From a candidate division FCPU426 bacterium (GTDB lineage: Bacteria; Oederibacteriota; JAAXVQ01; JAUVAV01): 55,201 nt of DNA. The translations under genes were made by a program, and so were the position numbers. This document shows, piece after piece, positions 20,652 to 29,394 of this stretch; position 1 is the stretch's first letter; every line of letters starts with the position of its first letter. The stretch spans positions 1-55,201 of the forward strand of contig DAOWGI010000115.1 of NCBI GenBank assembly GCA_030637655.1. The letters are read 5' to 3'. A model generated the notes under the pieces. The model was not told the DNA's origin, searched no databases, and worked only from the letters and a program-made list of their open reading frames with translations.

Positions 20652-22080
20652 TGCTCTTGCTCCTCAAAGCAGTCACTGAATCCAAACGGTATTTACCGGG
20701 ATTCTTTTGGGGACGATTGATTTTCTTGGGTTGTGAAAGACGCGCGCGTATTGAATTTGCGTGGGCTTTCAAACCCTCGGTTTCTGCCACTAAAATCGCG
20801 GCCAACCCCTCTTTTTTCATTCCCGCAGCTGTGTATTCCACCACACTGGTATAGCGCTCAAAATCACGCACTGACAAAGGCGATGACCACGTTGCAGTCC
20901 GGTTCGTTGGTAGCACATGGTTCGGCCCGGCAGTATAATCGCCCATGGCCTGAGCTGTTATAGCGCCTAAAAATGCCGCTCCAACACGCCGAATACGAGC
21001 AAGTACCTTCCGCGGCTGCTTCACCTGTAACGAAAGATGCTCTGGTGCATACGCATCAGCCAATTGAGCAGCTTGGCCCACATCTTTTACTTGAAACAAC
21101 ACGGTTGACGCTTGGGCAGTACGCAATTTAGGCTGTTGTTTAACAATATCCGCAATGGCTTGTTTCACCTGCTGTAATAATTGCATTGCGGGCGAGAGCA
21201 ATAAAGCCACTGCGCCTGAACCATGTTCACCCTGGGCCAGTAAATCCCAGGCTAAGACCAGTGGATCTGCTGTTGAGTCGGCAATAACCAGTATCTCACT
21301 TGGTCCGGCCAAACTATCAATCCCAACCTGACCAACCACTTGGCGTTTGGCCTCGGTTCCAAAAATATTTGCCGGGCCTGCTATTTTGTCCACCGCCGGA
21401 ATAGTTTGCGTTCCGAAGGCCATCGCGGCAATGGCCGCCGCCCCACCCATGCGATACACCGTATTCACCCCTGCCAATTCAGCAGCGTACAACACAGCCG
21501 GCAATATTTGTCCATCACATCCGGGCGGGGTTGCCATCACAATCTCTTTAACACCAGCCACCCGCGCGGGTAGCGCGTTCATCAGCACAGTGGAAACCAA
21601 AGGTGCCACCCCGCCGGGAACATAAATACCTACTCGATCCAGCGGAAGGCGACGCTCAGAAACCTTTACTCCTGTCCTGTGTACTGTTTTGCACGGTGTT
21701 TGGAGTTGCGATTTATGAAAAGCTTTTATATGCACTGCCGTCTCGCGCAAGGCACGTCTTAACACTCGCGGTACTTGTTGACTGATGCGTTTTCGTTCTT
21801 GGACCGTAACTACCAAACCTGCTGTTGTGGTCCGAAAACCTTCGATCAGTCGAGTGTATCTTAGCAGCGCCGCATCGCCCTGAGCGCGAATATCCCGCAC
21901 AACTTTCGCCACTGCCTCACGAGCTGAGCAAGGACGACCAAACACCTTACGGGTTAAGGCATCTTGCCGGATATAAGTTGGATCAGAGCTGCCGGTTTGT
22001 CGTAATCTGTATTGTTGCCATAGCTTTTTTCCAACAGGAGTTTGATAATTCAATAGGCGCATAGTATGAAACAACTCCAC
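20614..22080 (-). CDS. hisD: Histidinol dehydrogenase (alternative start ATG 22062)
   Basis: GIYVPGG, IDSLAGPSE, APEHL, GDYTAGPNHVLPT. Confidence 0.95.
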   Translation of the reverse strand: MELFHTMRLLNYQTPVGKKLWQQYRLRQTGSSDPTYIRQDALTRKVFGRPCSAREAVAKVVRDIRAQGDAALLRYTRLIEGFRTTTAGLVVTVQERKRISQQVPRVLRRALRETAVHIKAFHKSQLQTPCKTVHRTGVKVSERRLPLDRVGIYVPGGVAPLVSTVLMNALPARVAGVKEIVMATPPGCDGQILPAVLYAAELAGVNTVYRMGGAAAIAAMAFGTQTIPAVDKIAGPANIFGTEAKRQVVGQVGIDSLAGPSEILVIADSTADPLVLAWDLLAQGEHGSGAVALLLSPAMQLLQQVKQAIADIVKQQPKLRTAQASTVLFQVKDVGQAAQLADAYAPEHLSLQVKQPRKVLARIRRVGAAFLGAITAQAMGDYTAGPNHVLPTNRTATWSSPLSVRDFERYTSVVEYTAAGMKKEGLAAILVAETEGLKAHANSIRARLSQPKKINRPQKNPGKYRLDSVTALRSKSNGRARKTIARMD

Positions 22081-22101
22081 TTTTAGGCACTAGAATTGTG
22101 T

Positions 22102-22131
22102 ACTATAACATGGGAAAGCTAAGCTCGGCAA
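22102..22131 (-). promoter_or_regulatory. Candidate sigma70 promoter of the his-trp operon
   Basis: Minus strand TTGCCG-N18-TATAGT with TG extended -10, just upstream of hisD. Confidence 0.45.
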
Positions 22132-22438
22132 GATTTATTAATATTGACTTTTTCACCATTGGCTTTTTCCGAAATTCACCCTTCGGAAAATGGGACAGAG
22201 CCTGGAAAACTGCGTTGATTGAAAAAAAATCCTGAATGGCGGGATTTATATTGTGATTTAATGATGTGAAATCATATCTCCGATAAGATTATTCGGGGAT
22301 GACAAAAAAAGAAATATTCGGTAACATTCTTTATGAGTCAACGAATGCCATCCGGTTATAGGCATTTTAGCCTTCGGTAACATTTAATGTGAGTCAATGC
22401 GGGTTTTAGGCTTTAAATTATTTGAGGAGGAAAATATT

Positions 22439-22900
22439 ATGCCGGCAAGAACAAAAAAGAAAAAGAAAATTACGCCTAATTGGACATTGGAAATTGCGGA
22501 TATGCAGACCTATGCCAAGGACGTCAAGAATCTCCCGAAAAAAATAGAAATATTATCAATCAGTAGTGATATATCCTTATGTAACAAGAACATGGAATTT
22601 TCCGATATTCATCTGGTACTCTATTATGACGTGTTAACACCATTTTTATTTAAAGCTGCGCTGGAAAAGAAAATATTATCTAAAGTTATTATAAATTTAG
22701 AAAAAGGCGGCAAATTGATAATTTATGAGCTTTCGGACTCCACCATCACTTCTATTCGTCCGGGAGGATCAGCTTATTCTTCTGATGCCACGCTTATGCA
22801 GGAAATATCATTTAGTTTTAAAAAAATAAAGCAGAGATATAAAGACAACAAAACCGAGAGTGTGGTCGAACTTGTAAACGAACAAATAAAAAACGAGTAG
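22439..22900 (+). CDS. Divergent Hcp (type VI tube/TssD-like) protein
   Basis: GAGGAGG RBS before ATG 22439; DVLTPFLFKA..KVIINL..YELSDSTITSIRPGGS..QEISFSFKKIKQRYK matches the Hcp pattern. Confidence 0.6.
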   Translation: MPARTKKKKKITPNWTLEIADMQTYAKDVKNLPKKIEILSISSDISLCNKNMEFSDIHLVLYYDVLTPFLFKAALEKKILSKVIINLEKGGKLIIYELSDSTITSIRPGGSAYSSDATLMQEISFSFKKIKQRYKDNKTESVVELVNEQIKNE

Positions 22901-22972
22901 CGTGCCGGCAAAACTATATTACACCTCTTAAATTTGCCGCGACTCGACTATGCAATACTTCTTTACGTCCTA

Positions 22973-23959
22973 TCATCGTTTAAAAAAATTGGATATCTTG
23001 GCTCCCAAGCGCTTTTTCTCTTTGACTCGTTGTTCGGCCAATTTGAGCAGGCTGTAGGTCATTTCGATATACGGAGCGGATAATTTGTGCTTTTTAGCAA
23101 TTTTGAGCGGAGTTCCTAAAATGGCCTCGATTTCCAAAGGCCGGCCGGAAACGTAATCCTGCAGCATACTGGTCTTGTAAGGTGTCATTTTCTCAGTGGC
23201 TGCTATATATTGCTGTACAATATCGTCCGGTTGCGGATGACCTTCGGCCTTGGCAATAGCACAAACCTCTTCCATAATCTTCTCAACAATATTCCGGGTA
23301 TCATCCAAAGCTAAAATCTGAGCAGTATTAACCCCACCGACGAGCACGGAAATCGGATTAAAAGGAGCATTCCAAATCAGTTTGCTCCACCGGGCAGTTA
23401 CAATATCCTCATCAATTTTACAGGGAATGTCCACTTTCTCGAACAATTGTTGTAATTGCCGGATTCGCTCTGAGGTCCCGTTAGGATACTTACCCAAGCT
23501 TACCCGGCCATAACATTGATGATCTATCCATCCCGGACCTGAACGGCTCAAACAGACAAAAGCCAAGCCGCTTATAATTTCATTTTTGGGAAATTTCTTG
23601 GCAACCGGCGCTTCCACGTCAATGCCGTTTTGCAGCAGCAAAATACTGGTCTGCGCCCCCACTACTGGTTTGATAATATTTGCCACATTAATATCAGGCA
23701 GCATTTTCAGGGCTACCAACACCACATCAGGCTGCCCGGAATACTCAGCTAAAGATTTCAATACCTGTTGGGGAACAAAGATCATATCTCCTTGCGGACT
23801 ATGGATACGGATACCTCTGGCTTTGACCGGCATATAATCCGTTCGGCACAGAACCGAGACCTTCGCACCGGCTTGGGCCAATTTGGCGCCATAAAACCCG
23901 CCAACCGCGCCCGCACCTATAACCAGAACTTCAGGTTGTATGGTTTTAACCTTTGACAT
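22973..23959 (-). CDS. panE: 2-dehydropantoate 2-reductase
   Basis: GAGAVGGFYG, LQNG, WSKLIWN, TSMLQD..GRPLE. Confidence 0.92.
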   Translation of the reverse strand: MSKVKTIQPEVLVIGAGAVGGFYGAKLAQAGAKVSVLCRTDYMPVKARGIRIHSPQGDMIFVPQQVLKSLAEYSGQPDVVLVALKMLPDINVANIIKPVVGAQTSILLLQNGIDVEAPVAKKFPKNEIISGLAFVCLSRSGPGWIDHQCYGRVSLGKYPNGTSERIRQLQQLFEKVDIPCKIDEDIVTARWSKLIWNAPFNPISVLVGGVNTAQILALDDTRNIVEKIMEEVCAIAKAEGHPQPDDIVQQYIAATEKMTPYKTSMLQDYVSGRPLEIEAILGTPLKIAKKHKLSAPYIEMTYSLLKLAEQRVKEKKRLGAKISNFFKR

Positions 23960-24001
23960 AAAAATTCACCTGTACTATTTTACTCTCGATTTCCAAAGGC
24001 C

Positions 24002-24024
24002 GGGCGCACTCAGTGCACCCCTAC
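24002..24024 (-). repeat. Single GTAG-REP hairpin
   Basis: gggcgcactcagtgcacccctac, a variant of the 16260/16328 units. Confidence 0.75.
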
Positions 24025-24037
24025 ATTGATTGATTTT

Positions 24038-25105
24038 CTATACTTGACTATAATCCGGCACTACGGCCTGATCACCCAATACTGTACCGGCCTTGATTGT
24101 GGCATAGCGTCCGATCCGGCAGCCGGACCCAATCACACAGCCTGAAAGCCGCGCACCCTCACCGATCTTAACATTGTCCCACAGCACTGAACGTTGTACC
24201 ATTGCGCACGGTCCAACATGTACTCTTTCTCCCAATATCGCAAATTCACCAATTTGCGCGTTTTCATCAATTTGACAATGATCCGCCAGTACGCACATAT
24301 CAAACATCTGCGCCTGGTTATGAATTTTACATGCTTTGCCCACCCGAATGTGTTTCCTCTTTTTCCAGATAGATCCCATCTTGAGCATAGGCAATCTTCC
24401 TTCCAAAATATCCAGATGCGCCTGCAGATATTTGGCCGGAGTACCAATGTCTTTCCAATATTTGCGACTGGCATAGGACCATACTCGATGACCGGCATTA
24501 AGCAAATTGGGAAAGAGCTGGCGCTCTGCTGAAAAATTAACCTCTGCGGGAATATGCGTAAAGGCTTCCGGAGCAAAAATATATAGGCCGGAATTGATCC
24601 AATGGCTTTTGGCCTCATCCGGACTGGGTTTTTCTACAAACCGTTGAACCCTGCCCTTGGAATTAAACAGAACCAGACCATAGACTGAAGGATCTGCTAT
24701 CCAGGATAAACCAATGGTAATAATCGCTTTATTCTTTTTATGCGCAGCAGCCATCTGCGTGAAATCCCAGTCTGTGAGTTCATCCCCATTTAAGACCGCC
24801 ACCGGTTCCCGGCCGGCCGTAAATTTTTCCGCGTTCTTGATGGCTCCGGCTGTTCCCAAAGGCGTGGTCTCGGTGGCATAGTGCAGACGTACACCAAACT
24901 TATTACCGGACCCAAATACTTTTTTAATGATTTCCGGTTTATGGCAGATCGACAGCGTGATATCCCGTACACCATGCCGCCGCAGGAGAGAAAACTGATA
25001 TTCCAGAAAAGGCCGGCCCAGCATAGGCACTGTGCTTTTTAAGCGGTTGATAGTCAAAGGCCGCAAACGGGTACCTTCACCACCCACGAGGATAATAGCT
25101 TTCAT
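24038..25105 (-). CDS. NDP-sugar pyrophosphorylase (mannose-1-P guanylyltransferase-like)
   Basis: LVGGEGTRLRPLT, PLGTAGAI, YWKDIGTP, C-terminal hexapeptide beta-helix. Confidence 0.9.
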   Translation of the reverse strand: MKAIILVGGEGTRLRPLTINRLKSTVPMLGRPFLEYQFSLLRRHGVRDITLSICHKPEIIKKVFGSGNKFGVRLHYATETTPLGTAGAIKNAEKFTAGREPVAVLNGDELTDWDFTQMAAAHKKNKAIITIGLSWIADPSVYGLVLFNSKGRVQRFVEKPSPDEAKSHWINSGLYIFAPEAFTHIPAEVNFSAERQLFPNLLNAGHRVWSYASRKYWKDIGTPAKYLQAHLDILEGRLPMLKMGSIWKKRKHIRVGKACKIHNQAQMFDMCVLADHCQIDENAQIGEFAILGERVHVGPCAMVQRSVLWDNVKIGEGARLSGCVIGSGCRIGRYATIKAGTVLGDQAVVPDYSQV

Positions 25106-25108
25106 GGA

Positions 25109-26038
25109 TTAGGCCTCCTGTTCTTTATCCCTGAAATACTCATAGGTCTTTTTCACACCATCACCAAAGGATGTTTCCGGTTTCCAACCCAATACTTTCT
25201 CTGCTAATCCGGCATTTAAATAGATAGCTTTAAGATCACCACGACGTGGCGGCCCGCTGAGCGCCGGAGTTTGATCCTGCATGGCAGCTTGCACAGCTTT
25301 ATACACCTGATTGACATCAATCGGAATCCCGGTCCCAATATTGAGCGCTACATTCCCGCCCTTTTCCAAGGCCATCACATTAGCGCGAACCACATCACCT
25401 ACAAATACGTAATCCCGTATGCAGGAACCGTCACCGAAAATAGTGGGCGCTTTTCCAGCCAACAGAGCTTTGATAAAAATCGAGACCACACCGGCTTCGC
25501 CGTGCGGTACCTGACGCGGACCGTATACATTGCCATAACGGAAGGTCACATATTTAAAGCCGGCTTGTTTGGAATAAAAATGCAAATAATGCTCGCCCGT
25601 GGCTTTGGTAATACCATACGGTGATTCGGGTTGAATAGGATAAGTCTCATCCGCCGGCAGTTTCTGCGGCTCACCGTACACCACTCCGCCGGACGAAACA
25701 TACAGCACACGCTTCACATCATGCTTGCGGCAGCCTTCCAGCAGATTCAGCCAACCCATTACATTAACCCGGGCATCTGCCACCGGATCATCGACCGACA
25801 ATGGCACGGATATCTGGGCCGCATGATGATTTAATACCTCTGGTTTAAACTCCGCAAATACCTCTTCGACTTTCGGATTAGCAATATCCACCTCATAAAA
25901 TTGGGCCTTCTCATTCAGGTTTTCAATAAATCCGCAAGAGAGATCATCAACCACAGCAACCTCATGTCCGGCTGCAATATAGGCATCCACCACATTTGAG
26001 GCAATAAATCCAGCTCCGCCAGTGACCAATATACGCAT
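25109..26038 (-). CDS. NAD-dependent epimerase (UDP-glucose 4-epimerase-like)
   Basis: TGGAGFIAS, HHAAQ, YGITK, NVYGPRQ..GEAGVV. Confidence 0.92.
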   Translation of the reverse strand: MRILVTGGAGFIASNVVDAYIAAGHEVAVVDDLSCGFIENLNEKAQFYEVDIANPKVEEVFAEFKPEVLNHHAAQISVPLSVDDPVADARVNVMGWLNLLEGCRKHDVKRVLYVSSGGVVYGEPQKLPADETYPIQPESPYGITKATGEHYLHFYSKQAGFKYVTFRYGNVYGPRQVPHGEAGVVSIFIKALLAGKAPTIFGDGSCIRDYVFVGDVVRANVMALEKGGNVALNIGTGIPIDVNQVYKAVQAAMQDQTPALSGPPRRGDLKAIYLNAGLAEKVLGWKPETSFGDGVKKTYEYFRDKEQEA

Positions 26039-26147
26039 AGTATTCCTCCCTATATAATATATGTAGTAAATATAGTTAAATTTGTCTTAAATAAAAACAG
26101 ATTACCATAGAATGAACTACGATGGGGAATGAAATCTAGGGATTTAC

Positions 26148-26380
26148 GTAACATATCAGTGAAGTGCTGTGCTTTGTCAAATAACCCGGAAACATAATCC
26201 GGATAAACCGGAACTAAAAAGGTATATTCACCGCAGAGGACGACACCTGGATTGTTCTATGTAGAGACGCGATTAATCGCGTCTCTACAGTTTTTATCCC
26301 ATCTTTCGGAGGCAAGTCGCGTCCCTGGGAAAAAATAAATCAGCAGACCATATGTCTTTCTCGCTTCACTGACTTGTTAC
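26148..26380. mobile_element. MITE copy 3, rearranged (left half of the inner core replaced by other repeats)
   Basis: Long arm identical to 39509ff; right part matches the right end of copy 5 (about 39660-39735); contains REP palindrome 26260-26289; no TSD. Confidence 0.8.
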
Positions 26381-26399
26381 AGTTTTTAATTAGCAAAGA

Positions 26400-26546
26400 T
26401 TATATTTCAGCCAAATAATCATCCAGGGGTTGCGCGGTTACGTGGGCGGTGAGCGGCAGCTTGGATTCGGATAGGGATACTATTTTCCCTTTTTTGATAT
26501 TTAACTTGGGAAATAATCGCTGAAGTTTATCAATGTTTTCAGCCAT
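26400..26546 (-). pseudogene. C-terminal remnant of an AAA-ATPase/DUF4143-type protein
   Basis: Hand translation MAENIDKLQRLFPKLNIKKGKIVSLSESKLPLTAHVTAQPLDDYLAEI* resembles the DUF4143 tail. Confidence 0.45.
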
Positions 26547-26641
26547 GTAGTACAGAGCCGATACGCCGTCAAGACATATTTGCTATGTCATTGCATATTT
26601 GTAAAATATCACTGCTTCGCTGATCGCCGATTGCTATCTCG

Positions 26642-26684
26642 GTCGGAGTAGGAAGCCGGTTACCCTGGCCCCCCGTCACATCCG
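26642..26684 (-). mobile_element. Group II intron 3'-end remnant (half of domain V plus domain VI)
   Basis: Minus strand CGGATGTGACGGGGGGCCAGGGTAACCGGCTTCCTACTCCGAC. Confidence 0.5.
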
Positions 26685-26703
26685 ACCTCCGTCTGCGATA
26701 ATT

Positions 26704-26868
26704 TCAATGCGCCATCCGCATCGCTTTCGCAGCGGAGATCCGCATTACTTTTCCGTTTTTCCATATGGATAAAGGGCGTCCGCTTTTTTTGTGGTTTTCC
26801 ACAACTTCGCGGACCGCGCTTTTCATGGCTGCTTCGGCCTTATCCTGCAGCGTCATTTTCTTTTTCAT
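26704..26868 (-). CDS. 54-aa protein of the type found beside zeta-toxin-like ATPases
   Basis: MKKKMTLQDKAEAAMKSAVREVVENHKKSGRPLSIWKNGKVMRISAAKAMRMAH; ATGA overlap with an upstream stub ...NEKLFAKIKKMVSKP*. Confidence 0.6.
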   Translation of the reverse strand: MKKKMTLQDKAEAAMKSAVREVVENHKKSGRPLSIWKNGKVMRISAAKAMRMAH

Positions 26869-26907
26869 GGTTTGCTCACCATTTTCTTAATTTTTGCGAA
26901 TAATTTT

Positions 26908-27963
26908 TCATTCAAAACTGGCGGCTATGCCCCCACGGATTAAGTTGACCAACACGCGGCAAAGTAAATCTTTTTGCTGAGGACGGCTCTCGGCGATCAG
27001 CAGCGTCATGGCCACCAAAGTATTATCTGCCAGTCGTTTCGATCCATCCCTGTTGTAAAGCGCGCTGTTTTTTTCCATAAACCACAGAAAGACCGCGGCT
27101 GCAATTCGCTTATTGCCGTCCACAAAGGCATGATTCTTAACCAGAAAATACAGCAGATGCGCGGCCTTTCCCTCCAGGCTCGGGTAAACATCCTCACCGC
27201 CAATGGTCTGCCAGACCGCGCCCAGCGCGCTTTTCAAGCCGTGATCCTTCTCGCGGCCAAAGATATCCGACCCACCAAATTTTTCCCGCAATTGTTTGAT
27301 GATGAGCGAAACTTCGGCATGGTCTATCACCCGAACCTTCCCGCGCTTGGCAGGCGGCAGTGCCACCCGCTGATGATCGTAATCATCCAATAAATCCAGA
27401 GCAAAAGAATAATCCGACACCACTGACAGCAAGGCTTTGGCCTCGTCCCCACTCAAATCCCGGCGTTTGGCTACATCCGCAATCAACCGAACAGCTTTAT
27501 TCAATTCCTTGAGTCGGCGGTCGTTTATTGTGTATCCTTTAAGCAGATGATCCCGCAAAACGGATGTGGCCCAGATTCGGAAATGCGTCCCCCGTTTGGA
27601 ATTAACCCGATACCCCACTGAAATAATCGCGTCTAAATTATAATGCGCGACCTGATAGGTCTTGCCATCCAAGGCAGTATGTGCAAAAAATGCACATACT
27701 GCCTTTTCTTCTAATTCATGAATAGAAAAAATATTTTTTAAGTGCTTGGTGATGACGCTGCGCTCGGTCTCAAACAATTCGGCCATCTGTTTTTGGGACA
27801 GCCAAACGGTTTCTCGTTCCAAACGCAGTTCGAGGCGTATTTTCCCATCCTTGGCTTTATAGAGGGCAATTGCGGAAGTTTGATACTCAGCCGGGAGTTC
27901 TTTAAGCAACCCGCTCGATCTTCCGGAAAGTTTGCGTTTGTATAAACGAACTTTCTTCTTCAT
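26908..27963 (-). CDS. RhuM-Fic/Doc fusion protein
   Basis: ETVWLSQKQMAELF, YNLDAIISVGYRVNS (RhuM); HAFVDGNKRIA (Fic/Doc). Confidence 0.92.
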   Translation of the reverse strand: MKKKVRLYKRKLSGRSSGLLKELPAEYQTSAIALYKAKDGKIRLELRLERETVWLSQKQMAELFETERSVITKHLKNIFSIHELEEKAVCAFFAHTALDGKTYQVAHYNLDAIISVGYRVNSKRGTHFRIWATSVLRDHLLKGYTINDRRLKELNKAVRLIADVAKRRDLSGDEAKALLSVVSDYSFALDLLDDYDHQRVALPPAKRGKVRVIDHAEVSLIIKQLREKFGGSDIFGREKDHGLKSALGAVWQTIGGEDVYPSLEGKAAHLLYFLVKNHAFVDGNKRIAAAVFLWFMEKNSALYNRDGSKRLADNTLVAMTLLIAESRPQQKDLLCRVLVNLIRGGIAASFE

Positions 27964-28094
27964 AGTTCCCCCCGGAAAGCGCGGCGGCTGTAAAAGCAGG
28001 CGGTACGCGGGTCAGGATGCACCGCTGATTCTGCTTTATGCGTGGCTTCGTAAATTGTAGGCCATTCGGCTTGTAAAAAGAGAAAATTATTCAT
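27960..28094 (-). pseudogene. HsdR N-terminus fused to HsdS C-terminus (type I R-M deletion scar)
   Basis: MNNFLFLQAEWPTIYEATHKAESAVHPDPRTACFYSRRAFRGEL*: EcoEI-type HsdR start joined to the HsdS-type AFRGEL* end. Confidence 0.8.
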
Positions 28095-29301
28095 TTTCAT
28101 CACGCTCTTTGCTGCCTCGTTGTGTCACTCCCTCAATTTCAGGCCAATCAAGTTGATCTATCACCGCCGGAGCCAACCTTCCGTGTTCAGCGAATGCACT
28201 TTCCAGTTTTGCATTCAACCATGCAATACCTTGGTGTGATAACTCTACAGCGGCTTGTTGCATGTAAGCTTTACGCGGATCTGTATTACCCTCGCCTTTC
28301 TTAAGGTTTCTTTGAGTTGAAGCAAAAGCATCTGATTTAAGCTCATCCATCAGTTTATTTAGCGAAACTCCAGCGGCTAGACTTCCGGCTAGAAATTCTG
28401 TATGATGCATTCTGATGTAGTGCGGCCATTTTTCTTTCCAATCTCGAATCTTTATATCGGCAGCAGATGCATCATCCCGTACTTCTTGATAAGACATTGC
28501 CACGGCACGGCCATAGATAAGAATATCACTTGGTTCTTTAACCAGCCTCCCCATAAACATAACCGCACCATCTTTCACCTGCCTTGGACGCTTGCCTTTT
28601 GGGTAGGTGCAAGCCCAATGGCAACCGGATCGTCGCACTTCATCTAAAACCGACCTCGAGCGGTCTGAACGCTTGTCCCCTTCGCCGAAGAACTTGACAA
28701 ATGATTGAATCACATCCTCCTGCCAAGGGGGCAAAACTAAGGGCGGTATTGAAATCCCGGCATCTACACCTTCATCACCTAATCCGGCTATCTGGGATAG
28801 ACGTGATCCACCTACGAGAGATTTGCTAAGTATCTCTTCAGTTTTCGAAAGACGTTCATTCGTAATGTCCGGGCCAACTCGACCCCAGAGATTATTAAAA
28901 TATTTCAAACAGTAATCAAGAATATCACTATCTTCCGAAACAAAACCAAACTCGTGGTTTTTTAATAAAGCAGCCTCGGTAAGATTTGCGGATGTTACGA
29001 TTACCCGATGTTCATCGAAAAGGTACAACTTCGCGTGAAGATTACGCACACATCTAATCTGCGCTCCGTTCTCAATAAGCAATCGAAGAGCTTCTGTATC
29101 ACTAATACTGTCGTAAAAATCGCGGAGATTATATCGGGTTATTACTTGGAAGAAGTCCGGTTTTCCCAGCCTCAACAGCCGCTCAGTGGTACGTCTCTTG
29201 ATAAATGGACAAACAATCCGAAGCCTGGCATGATTGCGCTGGAGTGCTTCATTCAACACTGAATCCCATCCTGAATCAACAAATCTAAAGTCCTTATTCA
29301 C
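28087..29301 (-). CDS. Phospholipase D-family nuclease domain fused to an unassigned C-terminal domain (GTG start 29301 inferred; ORF open to 29346)
   Basis: IVCPFI, LHAKLYLFD (HxKxxxxD), TSANLT..NHEFG. Confidence 0.85.
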   Translation of the reverse strand: MNKDFRFVDSGWDSVLNEALQRNHARLRIVCPFIKRRTTERLLRLGKPDFFQVITRYNLRDFYDSISDTEALRLLIENGAQIRCVRNLHAKLYLFDEHRVIVTSANLTEAALLKNHEFGFVSEDSDILDYCLKYFNNLWGRVGPDITNERLSKTEEILSKSLVGGSRLSQIAGLGDEGVDAGISIPPLVLPPWQEDVIQSFVKFFGEGDKRSDRSRSVLDEVRRSGCHWACTYPKGKRPRQVKDGAVMFMGRLVKEPSDILIYGRAVAMSYQEVRDDASAADIKIRDWKEKWPHYIRMHHTEFLAGSLAAGVSLNKLMDELKSDAFASTQRNLKKGEGNTDPRKAYMQQAAVELSHQGIAWLNAKLESAFAEHGRLAPAVIDQLDWPEIEGVTQRGSKERDENE

Positions 29302-29393
29302 GGTCCCCCCCTGGAAAAAGCAATGCCGAAGACTTGCAAAGCGCATATCCGTTTTTTGAAGAAGACGAGTAGCTTGGCTTCGGTAGCTTTCAT
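29298..29393 (-). pseudogene. DUF262/GmrSD N-terminal stub fused to a decayed HsdS C-terminus
   Basis: MKATEAKLLVFFKK (DUF262-type start), then in another frame FASLRH and finally SRGGP*, resembling FASLQHRAFRGEL*. Confidence 0.6.
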
Positions 29394-29394
29394 G

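Noticed and set aside
22160-22215. c-di-GMP-I riboswitch upstream of the Hcp-like gene
   Set aside because: Only a ttttccgaa/ttcggaaaa hairpin; the GGCAAA...GACGCAAAG core is absent.
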